From contig DF237433.1 of the NCBI GenBank assembly GCA_000708835.1, forward strand, positions 6,322 to 70,321: a stretch of 64,000 bases of DNA. The letters run 5' to 3'. Positions 47,593 through 59,000 of this stretch are shown in pieces. How positions within the stretch are numbered: the first letter of the stretch is position 1; every line of letters starts with the position of its first letter. This DNA comes from Klebsormidium nitens. Its lineage: Eukaryota; Plantae; Klebsormidiophyceae. Both the position numbers and the translations under genes were made by a program. The notes under the pieces were generated by a model, which saw only the letters and a program-made list of their open reading frames with translations, ran no database searches and was not told where the DNA came from.

Positions 47593-50500
47593 ATGGCAAG
47601 AGGCCGGCCTCATGGCCGGTCCAAGTCCGATCACAGAGTCTGCCAGGAGGCTCGTCATGCACGCGCTGCTGAGTACAGGGAGAGGATCGCCATCAGTGCT
47701 GAGCAGCAGGAGGCACGCATCGCTGCTGTGAATGCTAAGTGCAACGTGGAGGATGCCCCTCGTAGGCAGCGGGGGCAGAAGTCGAGGGAGTCAAAGACCA
47801 AGGCAGGGGCGGCTCGGATGTCCACAGGGGGCCGTGCTTGCAAAGCGTCTGGCAGTGGAAAGAAGAGAGCAAAGAAGGGCCTCGAACATGTGCTTGGCAG
47901 AGCTGCAGAAAGAGGTGAGTTCTTGTGCATGGCTGCTGGTTTGATTGGTTTGCCTTCTGAGGCCGAGGCCAAGCAGAAGCTAGGACGCTTTGCGCGAAAG
48001 GTGAATGGTGGGCTGGCTCTGTGATGTATACCAAGAAGAGCGTTTGTTTTTTAGTAGACTGATGGGCATTTTTTGGTACAATGCAGTCAGTCGTAACCTT
48101 GTTCCGACAGTCACATGGATGGCTGGCCTTGCATTGTTGTACCAAGAACAGTGCGCTTCTGTGTAGACATTGAAGGGAATGAACTGATACACATAAGTAT
48201 TGGTAGTACCGCTAGAAATGAAGGGTGCGGTTGGCTCTGCAGCTCTGTACCAAAAAAAGCGTGGTCTTAGTTTGGGAAGATTGCCCCGAGGCCTCCATTG
48301 TACCAGGAACAGTTTGCCTCCATTCACGAGCATAGTGACTGCTGGCTCTGCAAGAACGTACCAAGCTTTGCCCTTTTCTCATCAGAATATAAGATGCTGA
48401 TCTTGGTACATGCTGTCAAATCACAAAGTCCTAAACAATCATAGCGGGCATGGTTTCCCTGGAGTGTACCACAAACAGCCTCTTCCTCTTAGAGAAAGAA
48501 AGGCAGATTCTTGGTACATACTGGCAATGACAAACCTTCAACCCCACTGCCAGAAGAAAGAGACTTGACTGCAAAAGGCAGCGGTGACGCGGCACGCACC
48601 AAGTTTTGCATGCATCTCTAATCTTAGACTCCAGGTTCATTACCCAACCCTCGGCGCTTCTTCATTGCAGACTTGCACAGTCTCTACTGCCACGCGTGCG
48701 GCGCCCTTGCAGAGTTTGGGCTGAGGGGAGGCAAGGAGGGGGGCAGCGTCAAGTACACGTGCAGAGCGCACGCCACGCCGAATGGGTGCTTTCGGATCGA
48801 CCGAGTTCGTGCAGGTGAGAGCATCTGGGGAGCCTGCTGTTGACATGGTCTGAGATTCATGCAATGTTCGTAGCTGCTCCCCTCGGGTCAGCAACGTTTC
48901 TTTGAAGTAGAATGTTGATATTGACGTGCTCTAGACTCTCCTGCAGATTGGGCAGAGGGCCAAGAGTTGCGCCGCTTGAGAGCAGAGGAGAGAAGATTGG
49001 AACAGGAGCTGCGAAAGCTGGGAGGGAGCTCGTCCAATGCAAAACCAACATCTGGTGAGCGTGCGGTGCTGGTTTAGACATCTGACTGGTTTGGTTCTGC
49101 TCTTGTACACAATCTCAGAGCAGCAGGTTCCCTGTCATGCCTCCGATGCGTTGTTGCTCCTTCTGTGTGCATTCCACACGTGACTCAACAGTGACGGCAA
49201 CTCAACGCTTCACTTTTCGTTTCTGCAGCTGCAGTCGGGGATGAGTTTCAAAGTTCGGGGGTTTGGGCTTCGATGCCCATGAGCCGGTCGCTGATAGGTA
49301 AGGCATCTTCAATGCAGCTAAGGCAATGTAGTTGCTTCTAGAGCATCTCAGACCTGTCCTCTACGACGATCCTCTTGTTTTGCCCAGGGATCCTCCAATC
49401 CTTTCTTGTTGAGTCAAGCTGCATCCAGTATCTGGCTTGACAATGGGTTTCTCCTCACCTGCAGCCACGCTCTTGATGATCGGTGGCATCGAGCGTAATC
49501 CTGGACCTGCCGCAGACAAGGGGAGCCCGTACAAGGGAGATCTTGCACTTCCAGGCAGGACCAGCACAGGCTGCAACGAAGCGCCAGGAACTGTTGTTGA
49601 ATCTGATTGGCCCCTTAACCTGCTGCCCTCTCTCGACGTGAGCGTGAGTCTAGAAGTCTTTTTCTTCATGCAGTTCAGTTCTATGTCGCACCCAAGCCCT
49701 GGACTGAATCGTAGATTGTGTAAGCACGGAATATCTGCTGGCCGAGATGCCTGTGAACACTCGATGGTCTTAGTTTCATCGGGCTAAGGCGCGCAGGTAG
49801 CGAGAGCCGCTGGCGAGCATCACAGCTTAACAATCAGCAACCCTTACATCATGCTGCGCAGGAGGCTCATGGCAGTGGGCATTTCACCATCTCTCGTTTT
49901 GAAGGCTATCAATGGTTTCCTTGCAGGCGCTCAACCCAAGACACATGACTTCCGAGAACGGAAGAGTAACTCATGCAGGCAGGGGGCTGGACCTGTTGGC
50001 AGGGATTCCGGAACGAGGGGATAGCGAAGGCCAGACTCGTCAGCTACACCTGCGGCTACGAGGAGGAGCAGACGACGAGCCTATGCCCGAGGTACTTTGC
50101 CTCTCTCACAGACACTGCAGAGACAGGGGAGAAGAGCACTTGCAAGTTCAACGGTGTCCATCTGTTGTGACCACCTTGTACTTGCTGGAATGTAGTGTGT
50201 ACTTAAGAAAACACAGGTCAGACTGTGACCCTCTGCATCAAGGGTTTCTTAGGAGACACTTTCTTATTGTCCATTGCAGCACCTTGTGCCTCACACGCCC
50301 CTTGTAACCTTGCTCACAGCAACAGCTCTCCTCTGCAGGCCCACAGCGACAAGCCTGCCCTCATTCGAATCCAGCTGAGAGGTACCAACGAAAGATGCTC
50401 TTTTGAACCACCTCGCCCTCGAGAAGCAGTTCTGGAGCACCTAAGAGATGAGGAACGCTGGGGAGAAGGAAAGATCACAAAGGTGGTGGATGGGGAGGAG

Positions 50501-53500
50501 ACTGCTTGTATGAAGGGGGATGTGCTTCAAGCCGGCGAATATATCTTCACAGCATTCGAAGGTGAGCCACCACCAGTCTTGATTCCCAGGGGCGGAAAGA
50601 AGGAGAAATACATCCCTTACTAAGTCAGTGACGTCTCATTTGTGGTGCCCACTTTTGGCGCCTTGTAAGCACAACCTCTGCTTAGCATCTTCTAATTGCC
50701 AATCAACAGCAAGTCAGCTGGCGCTTATAAGAGCACTAACAAGGGGGAAGACCTGCTGCGGCACTAGGACTTCGTTCACTTTGGGGTTTCCTTTTGGGCA
50801 TAGTAAAGCTGTGACCTCGCGCAGAGACTTGCTGCAAAATCAAGGAACTGCTCACGCACCCTTATGCAGTCTTTAATTTACTAGGGTCTCCTTAGTTGAT
50901 AGATAAGCCCTATCGAGTGTGATTCAGAAGTATGTTTGACTTAGGCAAACCTGAGCAGCCAGAATGCAGGTTCAAAGAAGAGGCATGTCAATGTTTCACG
51001 TGTTTCACGACTTCTGCAGTCCAAGGAGCATCCAGTGCTGGACCTTCAGCCGCACAGGCGTCGAGGCTGGAGCCAACAGAAGGGGCCAAAGGTACTAGCC
51101 ACTCGGATATTGTCTGCCGAAATCGTTGTGGACCATAATTGCTTATCTGCTGAGAGGGGCTGTGATTGGGCATCGTAGGATTTTCCAACTGTTAACGTCT
51201 GCGAGCTTGACATCAAGGCAATTACTTAGTGGGCTGAAAAAGCTGAAGCTTTTTTGGAGGAGTGTCACTTGGTTGGGATACGAATGGGCTGACATAGGGG
51301 ACGCCTTTGTTTGAAAGCGCGCTTCTGCAGAAGTCACGATTTGCCTATCCTGCTAGGGTCTTCTTCACAACCCCTTGCTCGCGTCAGCATCGAAGGCCCC
51401 TTCATTCCAGAGCAGAGCTGGTTAGGGTGGCTCATTCGTATCCGCTTTAATGACCATACCTTATCTTTTTCTGGTTCAGGGGATCTCGGCCCTTCACCAA
51501 TCAAAAACTGGAAGGAGCGGGAGAAAGTGGTGGGAGACAAGATAGTAGAAGCCCACGAAGCGCTGGCGCATTGCATGGTTAACGAACCCGATTCCTTCAG
51601 AAGTCCGGTGACAAACGAGCACACAGAGCGCATTGGAGGCCTTAACATTGTGGCTGCCCCGCCGGACACCCCCCTGCTCCTTCTCACAAACCTGCCCTCA
51701 GGAAACCAAGGAGGAGTCGCCACAGATGATGAGGTGCTAAAGTGGTTTCACAAAGCCGACAATGAGCCGATTATTCCTCCCCCTACGGCTGTCCTGCTTG
51801 GGCCCCCAGGAATTGGCAAGACCCGGAAGTGCATGCAGCTGGGGTCAACTGAGCCTGGCGTCATTTACCTGACCTGTGAACGGAGTGGGGAGTTGAGGGC
51901 CCCTGACATGGAAGCTGTTCGCGCGAAGCTGGAGCAATGCGAGGCAGACCCGCAGTCTTGGAAGGCCAACTTTGTGCGTGCCAAGCGACACCTATTGGCG
52001 TGCCTGTATGCCCGGGTTTCCCTTCTCAAGTATTTCCTGGACAATCAGGCACAGCAGGCTTGGGACTTAAGGCACTGGATGCTCTTCCAGTCGGGAGTAG
52101 CGTTTGGCGCCTCAATGGTGAGCACAACAACCCAGCTTATAAGTGCTTCTCGGAAGATTGGCTGCGGAGGGCATCAGTTTTCAAGGCAACTGATAGGATT
52201 GTCAAACTGGTCCGTCCCAAGTGTGGACGCATCTACCTCCAAAGTCTGGCTGTACCTGCGTCTGTCGCTGTTCTGTCCAGAGAGGCAAGGAAAGTTGCTG
52301 CCAAGCCTCTCATCTCGTGTGTGGATGTCCACTCCAATTTGAGTGCCTTTGTTAGATTGCGCAGCAAAAAGCAAGCACGCTGCACATGTCTTCATGGCTG
52401 TGGAGCAGGAAGCAACTGCTCACATGCCCTTTGTTTCCGTGCCAGGCGCCCATGTTGGAACTCTACCGCTCTGCTAGCCTGGTGCATGTGGATGAGCTAG
52501 AGGAGCAGCTGGCAGCCTTGCTGGGAGAGTGCACCAAACTTCTTGGGGGCAATCGGCGGGTGTGCATTGCCTTGGACGAGGCGCAGTCCTGGTCGTCTGC
52601 ACTAAACCATTGCTTCTCCAATGGTAACGAGCCCCCTCAGGGTCGGCCGCTCCTGACTGCTGCCATGCGCATCCTGTCAGACCCGCCACTTTCCCAGCAC
52701 CTGAAGATCCTACTTGCGGGCACAGGCTTCTCGCTCCTGAGCACAAACATCATTGATTCCGCACTCGCGAAGCATGGCACGTTCAAAGCCCGGCAGTTGT
52801 CGCTTTTCAAAACCCTTTCAGAAGATGAGGTGCGACAATACGCGGCGCACTTTGCGGGCAAAGAAGAGGCAGATGGTGCGGTAGAACAGATCAGAAAGCT
52901 GGTAGGGCGAGCGCGCTTCGTTGTGGGGGCTGTTCAGCGTTGGGTGGGGGAGGGGGGGGAACGATCATTGAGGGATGTGCTTGAAGAAGAGTATGACCTG
53001 CACACGGACCCAGACGCGTGGCACCGCTCTACCCTGGTGCGAGCCCGGTACGAGAAGCTGTACCTCTACGGTACCTTGTGGGCGCAGGCTCAGCACCCTC
53101 AGTCGGCCAAGCTGTTTCAGCAGTTGAAGAAATTGACATTTGCGCATTGGGTGATTGGCCAGCCGGCATGCTTCCGGAACAAGGAGGAAGTAGACATTGT
53201 GAACCTTGGCTGCGCCCTTCTTGAAGGGGAACGGGATACTCAGATGGCGGCCATCAGGGAGCCCGTCGTTCAGACTGCAGTCCAAAATTTCCTAAAGCAC
53301 GAGATGCAGTGGGATCCACAGACGCACGCCGAAGAGATGTTCTGTGAGAGCGGCTTCCAGCCCCAAGTGCTCGGGAACTGGTGGGAGCTGGTTGTGGCGC
53401 AGTTCATCCGTCACATGTTCGAGACGGAGGAGGCGCTTGCCGACAAGCCGCTCTTTAGCAACCTAGGCCGTGACACGTTACCCCCTGCATTCAGGGAGAT

Positions 53501-54191
53501 GGGAGCCAGTCTGGTGGCGGTTTGGCGTGATGAAACCTCTGGGCAGTTCCGCTGGGAGGAAATCAAAAAGGAAGAGCGGTTTTTGAGAATGAAGGTTGGA
53601 ACCACCGCTTACAGGCTGGTTGACTTCCTGAAGGACCCTCAAGGATTTGTCCTCTTCTTCCCTGAAGACAAGGCGGGCCCCGATCTCGTCTTTTTCATGG
53701 TCGTGGGCGGCAAGCTCTTCCTCGTGTTCGTACAGCTCAAACTTGCGGTAGCGGTGAAAGAGCCCTTGAAGGTGATGCGTACCGTGGACCCCAGCACTGC
53801 TTACAGCAATCACCCCTTAGAACGTGAGTTTCGGGAGGAGATCAAGGAGGCGCTTGGGCCTGACAGTGGGCTTGCTGGCGTGATTGCGTGCATCATAGGC
53901 TACCCGCTTAAGTTGCCACAGTCTATCTTCGAGGAGGTCCGTGATTGCAAGCCGCCAAGGAGGGCCTCGAAGCGCCTGCAGTTGGAGGTGGTTGCGGACT
54001 ACGACATCTCGCCAGCCGTACGAGTCGTCGTCGATGGTAGCCAAAAGTCGGATGAGTTGGCGCGGACAGATCTGAAGCCCCTTATTGATGCACTGAAGAA
54101 GGCTGGGGCTGTCGAGACCGGTACCTCTCCGACTGAGGTGAGGCAATGTGCGCAAGTGCCGGCATGTCAAAGTAGCATGTGGGTGCGGTGA
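47593..54191 (+). CDS. Multi-exon Crinkler-type NTPase-REase protein with Cys/His finger, coiled coil, 2A-like and ubiquitin-tail-like motifs
   Basis: Exons 47593-47914, 48671-48814, 48947-49054, 49229-49297, 49465-49637, 49927-50091, 50339-50561, (51020-51091), 51357-52117, 52446-54191. All joins are GT-AG and phase-compatible (~1,240-1,260 aa). Walker A GPPGIGKT, Walker B IALDEAQ, GRPLL, LLAGTG, GRARF. REase-like LGNWWE and FFPEDKAGPDLVFF...FVQLK. Confidence 0.75.
47990..48560. repeat. Degenerate GTACCAAGAA / TTCTTGGTAC repeats in intron 1 of copy 1
   Basis: About 8 motif copies, same family as 56570-62740. Confidence 0.6.
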
Positions 54192-55407
54192 AAAGGGGAA
54201 TGAAGGTGCGTCCTTAGGAGTGCCGCTGTGGGGTTGGCGGCTTCTGGATAGCCTCCAAGAGTGTCAACGATTCTATGTCACGCGCTTTCAAGCTGAGATT
54301 GCATTAGCATTCCGGTGCTTGCATTACCATGTGGTAGAAACTCTTTTTATGAACATCAGCATCATCCGTCCATTCCTTTCTATACAGGGATTGAGCAGCT
54401 CTACCCCCATGGACGTGAGCTGATTGCCGCAAGTGAGGAGTCCGGGCAGAGACCAAGCGCCTAGATAACTTAGGCAACATGAATCGAGACATTCTCTGAA
54501 ATGCGCGTTCCATGGACCAAGAGATGCTAAAACCGATTCTCAATGATGGCCCCAGTCCTTGCAATCAGGACAAGACGTATGTACATCTGGTCATGCCAAC
54601 GAGCCTTCATCTTGCATCCCTATGGAGCCCCGCATAGGTTTGGATTGGGGTGCATGAGTCTCATGAACCAATTTTGGCCTCTTTACTCTGGACAGAGGCC
54701 ATGCATCTAGACAACATGCATGTGCTTGTAGCTGACTTTTGCAATCAATGATAACAAAGAATAGTGAGTAGGAAACATCTGACAGCAGTATGTGACTGGG
54801 TAAGGCACTAGGTACATCAGCAAGGAGCATCATGATTAAAGGGTATTTCGAGTAGGCTTAGCTACAACCGCTACTTCAAGTTGCAAACATTGCCTGTGTT
54901 GGAGCACATGGCACCGTTTTGCTCAACTCAACGGGGCTTATGCAACCCGAGCCTAATAGCGTGAAAAGGTTACCGCTTCGCTTTGCGCGTCATGATGGCC
55001 TTGCAAAATCGTCGCTGAACCATGCAGTAGTTGACGAGCTGTGATGCATGTATAGAACAGCCCAACAACGTGTAGTACTAAGCATCATTGCACGCTCATC
55101 AGATATATAAGTTGAGCTTTGCATGGTTCAGGACGCCAGTAAGCGCGCTTGCGAGAGTTACCGGAATGCTTAGCATCTTCACGATCGATACTGGTCTGAA
55201 TCTGAGCCTTCACCGGTCACCGGAGCGCCTGCCCGGATATCGCCCTTTCGGCAAAGCATATGCGCCATGAGAGCCAGCACAGTCACCATACTCATCCGAG
55301 CCATTCCCGCTCACTCTGAGTCGGGCAGCTAGTTGCCAGCGATTCTGAGGTCAGTGGCGTATACTGCAATATCCTCAGCATTTTACATGGTATGGCCGGT
55401 AACAGGT

Positions 55408-55444
55408 CAGTTGGCGCGACCTTGCATTCCCACCCAACCCAGCC
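55408..55444 (+). promoter_or_regulatory. Second copy of the 37-bp upstream element
   Basis: Exact match to 47193-47229, about 620 bp before ATG 56064. Confidence 0.6.
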
Positions 55445-56063
55445 CGGTCAGTCTACCGGGCACCCAGGGGTCGGACCCTCGCGCATAGGCTATGTGCCAT
55501 AAGGGCCGGGACCAGTCGTAAAGGCCCCGTTACCATCCAGACCGTGACCGTTCCCGCCGGGGTCCGACTGCACAGTCTGCATGGCCGAAGGTGCCACCTC
55601 TAGTCTCCAGCTCCCAGCATTCTGCAACTTGCCTTCAGAAAGCTGAGTAGGACAGCGACAGGTTGACCTTGCAAGTTGCATGGGCGGAGCTGCGAGCAGT
55701 GAACAAGCGCCGACCTAAGTTTTTTCAGGCATCGAGTGAGTGATTGTGCTGGCAGCTGTCCCCGGGCAAGGAGCTCATGCATTTCATACCGAGGAATTTC
55801 TTCAATTGTTTGTTATGTTAAATACTGTCCACTGCTGGCATTGCAAGAGGAAAGCATGAGTGGTGTGCAGGATAGGTGTTTGTTCAGCACACCTGTGGGA
55901 CTGCAAGCTTTGAGACCAGGCATTCTGCTCCGCTTCTGCTTCAAGTTTGTAGGTTGTCCTAAAGCTGTGGGTCTGCTCTCAGCTGAAGCTGAGCTTCTGT
56001 TGCTGTGAATTGAGAGCGTGTTTGTAGCTGTGATTACTGGGCAGAGCTGGCGCTTGATAGATC

Positions 56064-59000
56064 ATGGCGCGAAGCCGGCCTTGCGGTCGGTCTAAGTCTG
56101 ATCACAGGGTCTGCCAGGCTGCTCGCTTTGCACGAGCTGCGGAGTATAGGAAGCGCGTCGAAATCAGTGCAGAAAGGCAAGCGTTTCTGATCGCTGCTGT
56201 CAATGCGCAGAGCGATGACATACCTGCCCCTGGCCGCCGGCGGTGCCAAAGGTCAGAGCGATTGAAGAATGAGGGGCAGCCTGCTCGTAAGGGTTTACTT
56301 GGCCGGCGCTTCACCGCTGCTGGCCAGAAAGCAAAGCGGCAGGATCCGCGAGTACTCAAAGATGTTTTAGATTGCGTCGCGGAACACGGTGAGCAGAAGG
56401 CAATTTGTTTGATTCTTCAAATGCCAACTCTTAAGGTCAGGGGATATTTGATTGCTGGCCCTGCAAGCAGGTGTATCAAGGCTTGTTCTAACTTCTTCGA
56501 GTAACAGTAGGACATCTAGAGATCTTTTGGTTTCAGGAAAGGTGTGTTGTTTAGAACTTCGGATTCACAGTGGGTCAGAGATTCCGCAATCAACGCCAAC
56601 CAGAGAAACTTTGGTGGCATGGCTGGGCGTGTGTAGAGAAGTGTACCAAGTTCTGGCCAATTCTTTCTAAAGATAACAATAGGCCATTTCTTGGTACAGC
56701 GCCAGAAGTTGGTGGCATGGCTGGGTGTGCGTTGAACATGGTACTAGGTTTGAACCACTTATTCTAGAAGAGAACAATGGCGCCAAAAGCTTGAGGCAGG
56801 ACTGGGCATGTGTAGGCAGCAGTATCAAGAGTTGACCAGTTAACAATGGATCATTTCTTGGTACCGCGCCAAGACTTGATGGCATGGCTGGGCGTGACTT
56901 GGGAATGTACCAGGTTTTGACCACTTATTTCCAAACATAACAGTGACACCAAGAGTTGATAGCATGCCAAGGCGTGCACACGGAAGTGAACCAAGTTCTG
57001 ACCCGTTCTTTCTCGAGATGATTATGGGTCACTTCTTGCTACAGCTCCCAAAACTGATGGCATGGCTGGGAAGTGTACCAAGTTCCGGCCAATTCTTTCT
57101 TTAGATAACAATGGGCCGATTCTTGGTACAGCGCAAAAACTTGATGGCGTGCCCGGTTCTGCAGGCAGGTGTATGCGGTAGGAATAATAGCCCTGATTTT
57201 CTTTGCCTTCATCTCTTTTCCAGACCCACATGGCATCCATTGCTGCGAGTGCAATACGGCCGCAGAGTTTGGGCTTCGTGGGAGCAAGAACGGAGGGAAC
57301 GTCAGATACTGTTGCGAGCGCCACGGCCCAACGGAGGGTTGTTTCCATATCGACAGGGATCGCACAGGTAAGAGGAGAGACACACACCTTGCTTGTGCGC
57401 AGAAAACCCGCCAAGTCAACCTTGATCGTGCAGGTCTTTGCATAGCTGCAGCCCGTGGCAGCCTCCCATTGAGCGTGCCATTTCATCATTGCAGCATGGG
57501 TTCAGGGCCGCGAGAAGACGCGACGGAAGGCAAACGCTGCCTGTCTGGAACGCGAGCAGCATCGGAAGGGATCTGGGTCACTTGCTGCTCTTTGGTCACG
57601 GCCAGCAACGGCAGGTGAGCGCCCAGAATTGTCAAAGGGACTGGATTCAAGATTGTGCAAGGCCGAAGGTCGCATTCTCGCTTGCGTGCCCAAGCTGCCG
57701 ATTGAAGGTGATTGTCTTGGGTCACGCGACCAGATGAGTTCTGAGACTCTCTTGTTTGTGAGGTTGGGCAACTCATCTTGCGGGTTCGGCTGGCTTTAGA
57801 GCTCAGCAAGCACGTGTACCAAGAAACAACCTCTTACTTCCTAACAATTCTACTGGGCGTTTCCTGATTCATCTTGCTGTTCATGGCCGGGCCAGTGCAT
57901 GCCCTTGATCTGCCGCACAGTTTCAACGACTTCTGCAGGGTGTTTGGCAGTCGATCGTGACATCTACTGGCGCATAACGTAGTGCTAACCCACTGTGCGC
58001 CTCCTCTTCAGGCTCATCATGTGCTGACCGTGACGCCCTTAGAACTCGCCATGCCGCCACAGCCAGCCGCGGGACGACCAGAGAAAACTCCGAGTTGGAG
58101 TGCAGTCTTGGCTCAAGCCGCCATCAGTACGCCGCCAGCTTGGTCACAAATGGGGCGCAGCGCGGGGAGCCTTCCGTCCGCTGCGCAGTACGGGAGGGAC
58201 AGTGCGCGCTGTTGAGCAGGAGCGCCAGGTTTGAGGTGCAGTCGTCGGGGGAGCCCATCGCCACAAGCAGCTATCGTCCAGTGCTGCAAGGTACCAAAAA
58301 GTAAAGTCTTTCATTTCGAAAAACTTCAAGGGCGGTTTCTGGTACATCCTCAGGGGTATGGCAGGGCCCATCGAAGTGCACCCCATCAGCCTGTACCAGA
58401 AAGTAACGTCTTTCTTCTTAAGAATCTTAAGGGGGTTCTTTTGGACATTCTTGTGGGTTATGGCCGGGCTTGCTGGGCCCTTCAAGCACAGTCTCTTTGA
58501 GATTCAGGAATATACCAGAAAGTGGCGTCGTCTTCCTTAAGAATTCAAAGGGCGTTTCTTGGTACATCCTGCGGGGTATGGTCGGGGCGTATTGCAGGAT
58601 ATGGTCGGGCCTATCAAGTGCAGTGTCTCTTGAAGGGAGTGTACCAGAATTTGGCATCTTTCGCTTTGAGAATCTCATGGGCTTGATGTGTTACGTTCCG
58701 CCTGAGGCCTTCAATCAGGGATTCATGCAGCACGAGCAACCTTTCTAACGCACTGTGCACATTTCTTTCAGAGACTTCCTCGTGCGCCGGCCGCAACGCC
58801 CACGACACCCACGCCGGCAGGCCCTCCCCCACTGCCACAAACCCCCTTCGTGCAAACGTCAGCGACTCCTCAGAGCGGGAGCCCGACGCAGGCGGCCATG
58901 AATGCGCCGCCAGCTGCGTGAGCGACGGCAGCGCTCGCAGCCTCCTGTGCACCACCCGTACTGGGAGGGCCTTCTTTCGATGTCAGATGGGAGCGCTAGG

